From NCBI GenBank assembly GCA_030390025.1, contig CM059432.1, forward strand, positions 60,018,001 through 60,082,000: DNA of 64,000 nt, written 5' to 3'. Source of the DNA: Squalus acanthias. Lineage: Eukaryota. Positions 11,524 to 23,879 of the stretch are shown one piece after another. The translations under genes were made by a program, and so were the position numbers. Numbering within the stretch: the first letter of the stretch is position 1; each line of letters begins with the position of its first letter. Under the pieces are notes generated by a model. The model did no database searches and was not told where the DNA came from. It saw only the letters and a program-made list of their open reading frames with translations.

Positions 11524-12306
11524 CTGGACTAATGATAGAAACATAGAAACTAGGAGCAGGAGTAGGCCATTCGGCCCGTCGAGCCTGCTCCACCATTCAA
11601 ATCCAGTACCCTGTCCCTGCTTTCTCACACAGAATCCCCACATCGAGCACTGCACCTATCCCACCCTATCCCCGTAACCCCACGTATTTAATTCCCCCTA
11701 ACATATCCCATCCTATCCCCATAACCCCACATATTTAATCCCCCCTGTACACTAAGGGTCAATTTATCATAGCCAAATCAACCTAACCCGCGCATTTTTG
11801 GACTGTGGGAGGAAACCGGAGCACCCGGAGGAAACCCACGCAGACACGGGGAGAATGTGCAAACTCCACACAGACAGTCACCCGAGGTCAGATTCGAACC
11901 CGGGTCCCTGGCGCTGTGAAGCACCAGTGCTAACCACTATGCCACCGTGTTGCCCGTGATCCAGAGACATGAATTCAAATCCCACCATGGCAGCTGGGGA
12001 ATTTAAATTCAGTTAATTAAATAAATCTGGAATAAAAAGCTAGTATCATTAATGGTGACCATGAAACTACCGGATTGTCGTAAAAACCCATCTGGTTCAC
12101 TAATGTCCTTTAGTGAAGGAAATCTGCCGTTCTTACCTGGTCTGGCCTATATGTGACTCCAGACCCACAGCAACGTGGTTGACTATTAACTGCCCTCTGC
12201 GGTTCAAGAAGGCGGCTCACCACCACCTTCTCAAGGGCAATTAGGGATGGGCAATAAATGCTGGCCTTGCCAGCGACGCCCACATCCCATGAACGAATTT
12301 TTAAAA
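11524..12306 (+). mobile_element. SINE family B, split by an HE1-like SINE
   Basis: B-box-like GAATTCAAATCCC, body shared with 29248-29664, A-rich end; interrupts the LINE reading frame between NTVA and RAGQRLG. Confidence 0.8.
11537..11956 (-). mobile_element. HE1-like V-SINE, near full length
   Basis: tRNA-like head (TGGCATAGTGG A box, GGTTCGAATC B box), V-domain TGTGTGGAGTTTGCACATTCTCCCCGTGTCTGCGTGGGTTTCCTCCGGG and CR1-type (TCTATGTT)n tail; TGAT on both sides. Confidence 0.92.
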
Positions 12307-13241
12307 AGAGCAGGTCAGAGGCTGGGTATTCTGCGGCGAGCGTCTCACCTCCTGACTCCCCAAAGCCTTTCCACCATCGACAAGGTACAAGTCAGGAGTG
12401 TGATGGAATACTCTCCACTTGCCTGGATGAGTGCAGCTCCAACAACACTCCAGAAGCTCGACACCATGCAGGACAAAGTATCCCGCTTGATTGGCACCCC
12501 ATCCACTACCTTAAACATTCACTCCCTCCACCATCGGTGCACCGTGGCTGCAGTGTGTACCATCTACAAGATGCACTGCAGAAGCAGAAGCCTTTAAGTA
12601 ATAATGAAGCTGTTCTCCACTTGCAACAACACTCCCTGTTACCTTAGAACCTTGCAATAAGTTTATGAAGCTGCTGGAGTTGCAGAAAGTTGCACAGAAC
12701 CAGTCAAACTGCAGAAACCTGTCAGGTGTAAGTAGTTCCTGATGATCCCTTTAAATACCGCTGCTGGAGCCTCCTTCCTGTTGTCAACGCTTGCTCAGTT
12801 CATCGCACTTAAGGCAAGCCGGTAAGTTGAATGGCGAACTCCAAACTTGCAGGTCGGGCGTTAAGTGAGCGTTGCACTGACGTCACGATCTGCATCATTT
12901 CCATGATTTTAGAGATAGCTGATATTGGCAGCGCTGCCGGCCATCCATAAATGGCGGCTGCCGCGGGTCCCGCTCGCAGTTGGCGGAACAGCGGTGGCTG
13001 CCATTTTTTCGCCTGAATCTGGCGGTCACAGGTGGCCATAAACCCTGAAATTTCTTGGCCATTGTCTTTCACTTTCTGTAGTAACATAGCACCAAAACTT
13101 CTGTAACTTTGATGAGAAATCATGATTAGAGAGAGAGAAAGAAGGAATTATGCATTAGTGTAAAAAAGAAAAAAAGGCATGGTCACTAATGTTGCAGTCC
13201 AGTCCTTCATTCTCGCCACCCCAAACATGAGTACCAGGGTT

Positions 13242-14570
13242 TAACATAAGAACATAAGAACATAAGAAATAGGAGCAGGAGTAGGCCAATCGGCCCCTCG
13301 AGCCTGCTCCGCCATTCAATAAGATCATGGCTGATCTGATCCTAACCGCCAATCTACTATCTATCACAGAACCATCTCCTGCATCTAACAGAATTGCACA
13401 CACGAAATAGGAGCAGAATCAGGCTACACAGTCCCTGGGCCCGCTCCACTACCCACAGGGCCATGACCGATCCGAACCTAGACTCATGTCCAAATTCCTG
13501 CCCGCTCCCCGTAACCCTTAATGCCCTTTACTTCTAGGAAACTGTCTATTTCTGTTTTAAATTTAATTAATGTTGTAGCTTCTACAGCTTTTTGTGGCAG
13601 CATATTCCATGGACCTACCACCCTCTGAGTGAAGTAGTTCCTCCTCATCTCAGTTTTGAAAGAGCAGCCCCTTATTCTAAGACTATGTCCCCTAGTTCTC
13701 GTCTCACCCGTCATCGGGAACATCCTCCCCGCATCCACCCGATCCAACCCCTTCACAATCTTATATGTTTCAATAAGATCGCCTCTCATTCTTCTGAACT
13801 CCAATGAGTAGAGTCCCAATCTACCCAACCTCTCCTCATATGACCACCCCCTCATCCCCGGGATTAACCGAGTGAACCTTTTTTGCACTGCTTCGAGAGC
13901 AAGGATGTCTTTCCTTAAGTAAGGACACCAAAACTGTATGCAGTATTCCAGGTGCGGTCTCACCAATACCTTGTACAACTGAAGCAATACCTCCCTATTT
14001 TTATATTCTATCCCCCTAGCAATGAAAGCCAACATTCCATTTGCCTTCTTAATCACTTGCTGCACCTGCATACTAACCTTTTGAGTTTCGTGCACCAGGA
14101 CCCCCAGATCCCTTTGCACTTCAGTACTCTCCAGTTTCTTGCCATTAAGATAATAAATTGCTCTAGGATTTTTCCTGCCAAAGTGCATCACCTCACACTT
14201 TCCAGTGTTGTATTCCATCTGCCAAATCTCTGCCCACTTACTTAGCCTGTCTATGTCCCCTTGCAGGTTTTTTATGTCCTCCTCACTCACTACTTTCCCT
14301 CCCATCTTTGTATCATCTGCAAATTTTGATATGTTACACTTGGTCCCTTCCTCCAAATCGTTAATATAGATTGTGAAGAGTTGGGGACCCAGCACTGACC
14401 CCTGTGGAACACCACTAGTTACTGATTGCCAGTCTGAGAATGAACCATTTATCCCAACTCTTTGCTTTCTGTTAGATAGCCAATCCTCTATCCATGCCAG
14501 AATATTACCCCCAATCCCGTGATTTTTTACCTTAAGCAATAATCTTTTGTGTGGCACCTTGTCAAATGCA
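13242..14570 (-). mobile_element. Young 5'-truncated CR1 LINE
   Basis: Uninterrupted 357-aa ORF2 C-terminus and (AACATAAG)3 tail at 13242-13268. Confidence 0.95.
13484..14557 (-). CDS. CR1 ORF2 reverse transcriptase C-terminal part (open but 5'-truncated)
   Basis: [28 protein letters not shown] and LVRPHLEYC motifs with no stops. Confidence 0.85.
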   Translation of the reverse strand: MPHKRLLLKVKNHGIGGNILAWIEDWLSNRKQRVGINGSFSDWQSVTSGVPQGSVLGPQLFTIYINDLEEGTKCNISKFADDTKMGGKVVSEEDIKNLQGDIDRLSKWAEIWQMEYNTGKCEVMHFGRKNPRAIYYLNGKKLESTEVQRDLGVLVHETQKVSMQVQQVIKKANGMLAFIARGIEYKNREVLLQLYKVLVRPHLEYCIQFWCPYLRKDILALEAVQKRFTRLIPGMRGWSYEERLGRLGLYSLEFRRMRGDLIETYKIVKGLDRVDAGRMFPMTGETRTRGHSLRIRGCSFKTEMRRNYFTQRVVGPWNMLPQKAVEATTLIKFKTEIDSFLEVKGIKGYGERAGIWT

Positions 14571-14809
14571 CAGTGAGTGTGTTTGTTGTGTAGATTCTCA
14601 GAATGAGGAGATTGTGTAAATTGCTTTCACTTGTTAGATTGTTTATATCATACAGATTTATTTAGATAATTAGCTTATTTCATTTGAGTTGAATAAAAAA
14701 AACTTTAATCACTGACAACTGTGGACTTTATATCTGTTTGTATCGTTAATGAGACTATCAAGGGACCTGTTCTAGATAGCTTTCTGCTTTGAGAGTGTCT
14801 AGATTATAA

Positions 14810-14930
14810 TGAAAAGAAAAAAAAGAAAGACCTGCAGCGCCTTTTACGACCACCGGACATCCCAAAGTGCTTTACAGCCAATGAAGTACTTTTTGAAGTG
14901 TAGTCACTGTTGTAATGTAGGAAATGTGAC
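14810..14930 (-). mobile_element. Deu-SINE 3' (L2-type tail) fragment
   Basis: Reverse complement matches the 3' end of the SINE at 52563-53020 (CATTGGCTGTAAAGCACTTTGGGA). Confidence 0.75.
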
Positions 14931-15366
14931 ACGATCCCTGTTTAAAACTCCTCCTGAAAACCTTAAAGATTTGTTTTGGCTTACTGGCAATCCCTTTAAT
15001 CCAGTAACAACGCATAAGAGGTTTATAAAACAGCTGTAGTCAAAATCATGTTCCCAACATTTGGGAAGACCGAAGCCATTGTCTCCATCAGCCCCCCCCC
15101 CCTCCCGCTCCCCCCCCCCCCCACTCCCACTCTGCCACAAACTCAATTCCTTTGCCACTGATGCCATTCCCCTCCCCACCCACTATCTGAGGCTGAACAA
15201 GACTGGAGTCTGGAGGGAAGCTCGGTGCAGGAGAGGTCCAAGGTTTCCTTCTGGAGCTCAGAGGAGCACTCTTGCTCTTACTGGCCCACAAGCAAACAAT
15301 AAAATTATTTAAAATTACTTAATTTTCTGGGCTGCTTTTGGCCAGGATCTGCTTGCTGCCAGGTTT

Positions 15367-15832
15367 TAGAATCATAGAATCATAGAACGATACAGCACAG
15401 AAGCTGCTATTCGGCCCATCGTACCTGTACCAGCTCTTTGAAAGAGCTATCCAATTAGTCCCAGTCCCCTGCTCTTTCCGCATAGCCCAGCAAATTTTCC
15501 TTTTCAAGTAATTATCCAATTGCCTTTTGAAATTTATTAGTGAATCTGCTTCCACCACCCTTTCATGATATGGAGATGCCGGTGTTGGACTGGGGTGGAC
15601 AAATGTGCTGGCTCAAAGTGGAGAGGATCTCCAAGAAGATCGCGCATATCGACACAGATTCACATTTGACCACCCTTTCAGACAGTGCATTTGAGATCAT
15701 AATAACTCGCTGTGTAAATTTTCCTTTCCTCTTGTCACCTCTGGTCCTTTTGCCAATTACCTTCAATCAGTGTCCTTTGGTTACTGACCCTTCTACCACT
15801 GGAAACAGTTTCTCCATATTTACTCCATCAAA
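15367..15832 (-). mobile_element. CR1 3'-end fragment with a 103-bp internal insertion
   Basis: (TAGAATCA)n tail and FTQRV/MVEADS peptides; insertion 15566-15668 lies between ACCACCCTTTCA direct repeats. Confidence 0.85.
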
Positions 15833-16074
15833 ACACTGGCAGGTTTTAATGGCAGGTCCGGCACTGGGTGGGACCAACACAATTTTTAGTTAAACTGGCG
15901 TTGGGTTTCTAACAGACCCCGATTTTAATCAGAGAAGTGCATGTTGGGAATGCAGCGGGAAGTGCTCTACCACTATTTTAACCACCTGCCTGCTCTTTCC
16001 CATCGGGCGGGCAGGGTTAAAATCAGGTCTGGAGCAGAACAGAACCAAAACAGAACACTCTCTATGGAGTAATG

Positions 16075-16235
16075 AAGAAAGAAAGAACTATATAGCATAA
16101 TATTATGTGCTCACGACATCTCAAAGAACTTTACAACCAGCAAGGTTACTTTTGAAGTGCAGGCAAAAGTGGCAGTCAATTGTGCACACCAAGGGCCCAT
16201 AAACAGCAATTAAACGAATGACCAGATAATCTGAC
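16075..16235 (-). mobile_element. Old Deu-SINE 3' fragment
   Basis: Diverged reverse-complement match to 52840-53010. Confidence 0.6.
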
Positions 16236-17591
16236 CCCGAAATGTCTGATCGGCCATTGCCCACAACGGGGCAGGACTTCCACCTACCACCTGGCAATAA
16301 AGTGGAAGAGAAAGTGTGGCTAGTCCTGCACCATGGCTCCAGGCCTTCCCTTGGCAGGTCACAAATTTCTCTGACCACCTCGCTGTAAAACTTAGTCTCC
16401 AGAAGCACTGTTACTCTGATAAGTGCAGCTATGTCTTCTGGGGCCTTTAGATGCAGTTACAGGGATATTGTTGAATATATCACCTCCTTGTCTGATGCTA
16501 CCTCACTGCCCTGGCATTCAATATTGTTTCCTGCTCATCTTTTTACTATTCCTCTAGATTGCATCGATAAAAAGGGACTAAAAATGGCATGCAGAATGGT
16601 AGCTGGATTTCAGTATGCATGGGTCACTTGACTTCTTTAAAACACAGCCAAAAATCTACCAATCTTACAAATGCAGCAGCTTTTCACCTTTGTATGTAAA
16701 CCTCAAGGTTATACAACTAATATTGCTTCACTTACTGACTGTGTTCAAACTTGTAACTTACCTGGCTCATAGCACTCAGTTTATGTGACGACAAGTGGCA
16801 GCTGACCTTCTGGGACAAATACAAAAAAATAGGCCCAGGTCACCATGACATCATCTGTACCTCATTAACATAAGATTTAGAAAGTGCAGGTGCTAAATGG
16901 GGGAACGGGAATGTTCTATTGGGGCACGAAGGGGGTCATTTTAACTTAATCCGCCCGGGGTGAGCAGGGCGAGTTCGCCCGTTTTACACCCCTCACCCCC
17001 CCCCCTGATTTTACTCTCCATTGAAGTCAGGATGATATATTTAGAGGTTCAACCACGTCCGCTCGTGTTATGTGTCTCTTACCATTATTCTGATCACCTT
17101 TTCTGGTGGCTGATCTCTCTTGTAGCATGTGCTCACTGGACTTTGCTGCTTTCGAGTCATTCACACAGCTCAGATTGAAGTGGGCCAAAGCTAAAAGCAC
17201 CAAGATGACAAAAACTCAATGACAGAACAAGTTACAAAGCTTTGTTGGCATGGGAAACACCAACTTTTGTATTATTCTACCCACTAAAAATACTTCAATA
17301 AAACAAAAGTGCTTTAAAAAATAATGGGTGGGAATTTTCTCGCCGGTGCCGGTGCCGGTGCCGGTGCTGCTCCACCATTGTACTTGCAGCAGAAGAGCGG
17401 CGGAAACCCCGGAGATAACTTTCAACTATGGCGGGGGCGCAAAACAAATGGTAGCGGATTGGCTGCCTTTTGTACATACTGCATGATATGCCTTGCATTG
17501 AAGTGAATGGAAAAGAAAATGGGGCGAGGTGTATAAAGGCCAGCTGATCCGCTACTACCTGTTTTGTGCCTGCCGAAGGTGCAAGTTACTC

Positions 17592-17998
17592 TGTATTTCA
17601 GACCATAACCTCTGCCCCTATTTTTTCACATGGCAGCTGTTGATGATTCTGATATTCCCATTGACACCTCTTCTAGACCCAGCTTTTGTTTCTTTACTTG
17701 TCCCATTATCATCTCCTTTTGCTTTGTACAATCATAGCTTTTGTCTTTTAATCTCTCCTGCCTTCCACCCTAGCACAGACCTTCCCTTTTGTCTTTCCTC
17801 CCCACCTCCTTTCCCTGCTCCTGCACTTGATTAAAATCTGTTACATCTCTAACTTTTTCCAGTTCTGACGAAAAGTCATTGACCTGAAACGTTAACTCTG
17901 CTCCTCTCTCCACAGATGCTGCCTAACCTGTTGAGTATTTCCAGCATTTTCTGTTTTTATTTCAGATTTCCAGCATCCGCAGCATTTTACTTTTGTGA
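17592..17998 (+). mobile_element. Penelope-like pseudo-LTR insertion with 9-bp TSD
   Basis: AAGTTACTC at 17583-17591 and 17999-18007; matches the reverse complement of 27461-27880. Confidence 0.9.
17861..17897 (+). ncRNA. Minimal hammerhead ribozyme motif (one stem II mismatch)
   Basis: AGTT-CTGACGA-AAAGTC-ATT-GACCT-GAAAC-GTT-AACT. Confidence 0.65.
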
Positions 17999-19771
17999 AA
18001 GTTACTCCCCCTTTTTACACACATAAACGGGCATTCCAGCGCACCCAGTGAAGTTACAGTGGTGGAACGCCACCAGCACCGTCAAGAAAATTCAAGACCA
18101 TTATGTTTTTACTGTATAATTTGACATATTCAAAAAATAAAAGATACCCATAAATAGAAAATTGTGTATGAAACCAGGTTTATTTCACATGTACAAAGAT
18201 CAAATTGTTCACCTCCACTTACAAAATAAATCCAGCACTGTGGCCAATCAAATATCCTCCAGGTGCAGTGCAATAATACCAAGAAATCATCGCTAGCACA
18301 TGTTGTCATGTGAACATTTGAGAACCAGTTAGAAAGCAGGCACTTCTGCACTGCATATTCAGACCAACTGCAATGTTCCCAGATGATAAACTTCTGCAGT
18401 TTAACCGGGTTTTTTTATGTACAATTTCTGTCTACACACACGAACGAGAACACAATAAATCTAAATGATAAGCATCTAAAGGAAATGCACAAGAAAATCA
18501 CAATGATTTAAAAACAGTACTTATATGTAAAAATTAGAACGTTACTTTTCTCTCTTTGTTCTCAGCCTCTGCTTTTTACTCTCATGCCTTCTTTGCGCTT
18601 GGTTTTGATTTTTGTCCATCAGTTTCTTTCCTCCTTTCGCTCTGATTTTCTTTGGTGGAATCACTTTTCTTCCTTTATAGAGTGAGCTGCGTTGTTTGGC
18701 CCATGGAATAGGACACATGAGATGTCATTTTCACTGAACTGTTGTTGTTTGATATACAATGAATGTGCTTGTTGTTTAACCTCAGTTGCTGCCTTCCTTT
18801 CACACCCCCAGTGAACGAAATTGTACACCATTGAAGAAACATCATGCCGTAACCACACTGCTTGTGGTGACACCTAACTTAAGCAATCAAAATGCTCCCT
18901 GAAGGCACAGCCATATTAACAGCAGCAGAACCAATAGTTTTTTGATGCTTTACAATGTGAACATGCCCTCTATTATGTGTTGATGTCACTACAAAATACG
19001 TGATTATAATCTAGGCTAAATCTGTCACACTTTTTCAGGCTTTTTATGACTTAAAAAATAATTTAGGCTTTTTAGTAAATTTTAAGCTGCACAAAGATGA
19101 GGAATTTAGGACTGGAGAATGAAACATTTTTTTTCATTTTTGGCATCCCAATCATTCCCAGCTCAGGTAAAGCCCAGCAAATTAAAGAGGTGATTCCATG
19201 GTCCATTGCTCCCAATGGGGAAAGGTGCTTAGATTGCAAAATCACCCTTTAACACTCCTTTTATTATGCCCTGATACTGCGTCTCAACCTCTAAAGAGCA
19301 TCCTGACTGGACCAGTGTGATATTTTCACTTGTCACACTATCCGTTCTTATGGGCCTTCTGATGAAATTCCAATTTATTGCCAATTTTTGGGCTGTTATC
19401 TTGGATTAAGACTGCCTGAACTCATTTCATATGGGAAAAGTAGAGGGAGAGAGGAGACTTTCATACCATCAGCCTGGGCTGAATTTGAGCTAAGTTTGGA
19501 GTGGTGAAAGGCGAGGAATTTCCTCAGAGCTGCTCCTGCTCTGCTGTTGTAATTTCCACTGGACATGTGGCAGAAACCCTGTTGACGTGTGTGAACGAGG
19601 TTTCTGCTGCACTTCTGGTGGTTACGGTGCTGGAAGGCGAGCTGCTCCAAAGATATTCCCAGCCAGTGTTATCCTATTGCATCACCCAGTTCCACTTCTG
19701 ACTTATTCTGTCTAACCATTAATTATTTCTACTTATGTTTAAGTTTATACAAGCCAAGAAGTCATTGGTAC

Positions 19772-19869
19772 TAAAATAACAACAGAAAACGCTGGAAAAA
19801 CTCAGCAGGCCAGGCAGCATCCGTGGAGAGAGAAAGAGAGTTAACGTTTCAGGTCGATGACCTTTCATC
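19772..19869 (-). mobile_element. Short Penelope-like insertion with 15-bp TSD
   Basis: AGAAGTCATTGGTAC at 19757-19771 and 19870-19884; contains CTGATGA...GAAACGTT on the minus strand. Confidence 0.88.
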
Positions 19870-22800
19870 AGAAGTCATTGGTACAATCTTTATGCAGAGG
19901 GCGATCAACATCACAACGCACTTGTGCCTCCATTGTTCATATATTATTCAGTTGGGTCAATTTATTAGCTAAATCTCATAGCTGAAGGGTCCCCATGATT
20001 TGGCTTTGTCGGAGTACCTTTTCTCTGCTTTTCATGCCTCGTTTTACTGCCTTCATCCTGCCTCTGCTTATACTTAATTTCCTTTGTTTCTCTTTCTTTA
20101 TTGATCTAGCTTTTGCTTCACATCCCCTCTGTTACATATGACCTCTATCTGTCTGTTGATTTACCTTTTTCCCTCAGGCCTGTTTCCTTTTCCAGTGCCT
20201 GCTTCTGATTCCCCCCTCCATCCCCACATATGTGTGATCCACTCTTCTCTTCAGGTTTGTTGCAGACTCCTTCCCTCCCTCTTTCTTTTCTCATTAGAGC
20301 CCCCTTCTCCTTTGGGATAAGGACGAATAAGCTGAACCCAATTATAAGATGCAGCTTTCTCATTCTCCATTGCATGAGATAAACCACTCAATAACCAGAG
20401 AAAGTTAATAAACTTTACAGCTTCCAGCAAGATTCATCTGTGTCTCAGGTTTTGTGTAGTCTTAAGTAGGCCAACATCCAGAGGGTGAACAGTATATTGT
20501 ATCACAATTTAATTTAGTTGTGGAAAAGGCCATAGGTCTGGTTCTTCTACACTTAGGCACTACACTGAGCAATGCAGCACCATCAGTGTAATGGCACATA
20601 TTCATTTCCATAAACGTATGCAGAAAACTAACTGCTTGAACAAAGAGCAGAGTAATATACATGAAAAGGTCTGAGTACAGACATTGCCAGTTCAAACAAG
20701 TAAAGGAACTGAGTCAGGCTGACTGTATATATCTACCATCTGATTCATTGTTTTGTATTTTGCAATGTTATACTTAATTTACTTTTCTGAGAGAAACACT
20801 CCCCATTTTGACATTAAGCATTTTTGAGCTTTGTTTCTTCCTAGCTGCAGCCAGTTACAATACCATATAAATAGATGCATGACCAGGAATAAGTTTCAGT
20901 TAATTTGAGTCAATCAATCCAAGCTGTTCTCACTTGCTCACGTAAAACAGGGTCAAGTGAAAAAAAATTGTTGCAGGATGATTGAGCACCATGTTGTCAA
21001 GGCTTTATAACAATAAGCTAAATCAGTCACTGATAACGCATATTGAGAGCAAGTGTGTATCCACGGATACCCATTGACAGACTGCCTGGAAACAAGAGAA
21101 TGGCCGTTGCTCCAGAGGAAAACTCTGCATGGTTGTAATGTACTGCATGTGTTACTGATGGAGCTGTACACAGCAGCAGAAAGCAGAATTGCCCTTGATA
21201 GAGAGAGAAAGGAGCAGTTGGGTTTCCACAGAGAGAGTGGAAATAGATTGTTAGCGCTCTGAAGTTTTTTTCTTATTGATACCCTGAATGAATACTTAAT
21301 TTTAAATTCAACTCAGCGTAAAGACTGACACAAAGCATAGCCACACATAGAAAGAGAGTCATTTAAAATTAATATGTACCAGCAGCCCTCAGATATCATA
21401 CAATTGCTTCAAGCAACAAATGTTTATTGAAACTCAGGAAAAATATATGTGGCAGGTACGTAATAGTTTTTTTTGGAACAAATTAATTAGGAGTAATGCA
21501 GTATTTGAATGTACAATGCAGTGGGCTGATTGGGGCTAGGTGTCACAGCTTGCATAGAAACTAGTTTCAGTGACTGCTCTTCGCTCAGTTTGAATCAAGC
21601 CTGAGGGGAAATGCTAAAGGTCTATTCTCAACTGTGGTTTTTAAAGAAGCAATTCATGATAGCTATGGATACCACTTTTTAATGATTCATCAGCACACAG
21701 TGCATACAACTCAACTTGACAAATAAGAATTACTTGCCTTCTGGTTTTTTCTAATGACTCTCCCCTGAAACAATAAATAGATATTTGCATTCAGAAAATC
21801 CATCACCTCTCTCTGAGGACCACCACTCTTATAATTCTAGGTGCCTGGACCTGCTGTGATCCAAATGCTGTCCTGTTGTATGCCTTATCCAGTGCCAGAA
21901 ATGACGGGCTCTCAATAAGGTTGGTTACTGAAATGGATATTTTGTAAAATATCATCAATGAAAAAATGGAATGGGGGGTGGGGAGGAGGGAGATTATAAT
22001 GATGTAATTTAATTGTGGCAACATGAGGTTGTGATTAAATCTTACAGCTTTAAAAATAGGCAGATAGATGGAACTACCTCAGCATGTAGCACAGCTGCTG
22101 AATCAGACAGAAAATGGAGGGAAGCAGTATGCTCTCCATTTTCTAAGCTGCAGGCATATTCTGACATGTACAAGGGCAGGAATAAAGACAAAATGGGATG
22201 AGTCCTCAATTGAACACCGGAGACTTAACAAGACTCAGGAAACTTATGACAAGGCTGATCCAAGAGTATTGATGTGTGGCTTTTCATCATATGCAATATT
22301 CCAACAGTTTTCTCCCTCTCTTTAAAGAGTGCATAAAAACCCTTCAAAAGTTGAGTTCTGAAATATAACCTGAGTTCCTGAGTATAAATGCATATTTCTT
22401 CAGTTTTACTTATTTCCACAGTGATTCTTAGGCCCTAGTTTGAGTATTTTGTGAGATTTAATTTGTGTAGTAGATACTTACTGTGGAGTCGAGTTATGTG
22501 AGTAATTGGATGATCCAATAGCTCCTTGGTAAGTGTCTTATGGTGAGAGTTAGGCCATGACTGAAAGGTATCAAAATTCAGTTAATTTCACATGTTAATA
22601 ATGATTAATCAGGAGCAGTTTCAGGGCCATAAGTTGCTGTATGAGTTTCCTTCTTGCTAGTTCTTATTTCCTTACTGGTATTACTTCTCCCAATATAATT
22701 ACTATTAGGTATGTCTAGTCAAAAATGTTAAAGCATGTAATGTATAATAATAGCACAGAGAAACATTTGATTGTGGAACTGTATTTGAAACTTCAAATCC

Positions 22801-23879
22801 ACAATATATACACAGGGCTTCGTTGTGGCACAAAGCAGTGTGTATGGGGATAAAACGGCTACGTTCTGCACTGTTTCACTTCAGGAGTCCTGGAGCATGG
22901 CTGTGTGACTAGAACATCACTGGTTTCAGATGGTTATAGTGAGTTCTAATGAAATGCATTTCAACAGTCTTTGTCTTGTCCTCCCTGTCTGAGGTTGAGA
23001 CTGGATTACTGGAGCAACATCAAGGAGAACAGCACTGATGCTCAGCTGCATGCCTGACCTAGCAGTACTTACTAATATGCAAAGATGTTAATCCTCATGA
23101 ACACAAATATTAAAAAGGGACATTGTCAGAAATTTCTTGGTTGGAAACTACAAATTTCTACATATAAACAGGAGCCAATTTGAGGACATCTAAAATAGTG
23201 GTGCCCACAAGAACAAACCCGAATATATAAAATATATTTTTAGCTATTTCAACAATACGGTTTAAGAAGGCTATTCACATTGACTTTGCTCACCACAAAT
23301 TCGGAAGATATATGCAGCTTTTATTATTCCTGAATCCTCTCTGGCCATTTAGATTTTTTTTTTAACAAAATACATAAACATCAGGAAATACCTCAACATT
23401 AAGCATTTACATGAAGGACAATGTATTACAATTTATTTTTCAAAATATCATGTCCATGAAGGCTCTTGAATTCAACTGACACAGTGAGATTTAGTCTTGT
23501 TTTTTGGAGTGTTTTCAAAAGTTGCCTGTGATTTTAAAAAAAATCATTGACTGGAGAACAGTGAATAGACTCTAACAGTAATTTTTCAGTTCTGATTTAG
23601 CCTTTTAGTTTTGTATGTGCAGCAGTTAAGCTCAAGTCAGAAATCATACAGAATAATAGCAGATATTAATGACAATTCATCACCGATGAGACAGTTGTGG
23701 TACCTCCCTGCACTGAGGATGTTCGCTCAGCACTGATTGGTACTGAGCAAGCTTTCCAACATTGTTAACAAGAATTCTGCTTTAGTACATTACCAGCTGG
23801 CACCAACTGTTTGGTCATGGTCTTGGAATTGAGAGTGGGGCACAGACTAAAGGACACATGTCTATTGTCCCATCTGGAG

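Larger units (their letters stand above)
11145..12580 (+). mobile_element. LINE family B reverse-transcriptase fragment inserted in Harbinger copy 1
   Basis: QGSVPGPSIFSCFINDLP...MFTDD...MQQDLDDIQAWADKWQ (11145-11520) and VRSVMEYSPLAWMSAA...HSLHHRCTVAAVCTIYKMHC (12307-12580). Confidence 0.9.
8510..13060. mobile_element. PIF/Harbinger DNA transposon copy 1 (decayed, both TIRs present)
   Basis: TIRs GGCCTAGAAATT (8510) / AATTTCTTGGCC (13060), ATT direct TSD; contains a Myb/SANT gene (+) and a DDE transposase (-) in convergent orientation. Confidence 0.9.
17326..18099. mobile_element. Harbinger-type MITE containing a second inverted-repeat element and a Penelope fragment
   Basis: TIRs GGGTGGGAATTTTCTCGCCGGTGC / GCACCGTCAAGAAAATTCAAGACC; inner inverted repeat about 17411-17475 versus 17530-17590. 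Confidence 0.75.

Noticed and set aside
11880..11956. tRNA gene
   Set aside because: The A/B boxes belong to the head of an HE1-like SINE continuous with its V-domain and tail.
18543..18873. Lys/Arg-rich and other short minus-strand ORFs
   Set aside because: No recognisable homology; explained by a purine-rich low-complexity strand.
19396..19701. Short ORFs on both strands in unique sequence
   Set aside because: No domain similarity and no convincing splice-site pair.
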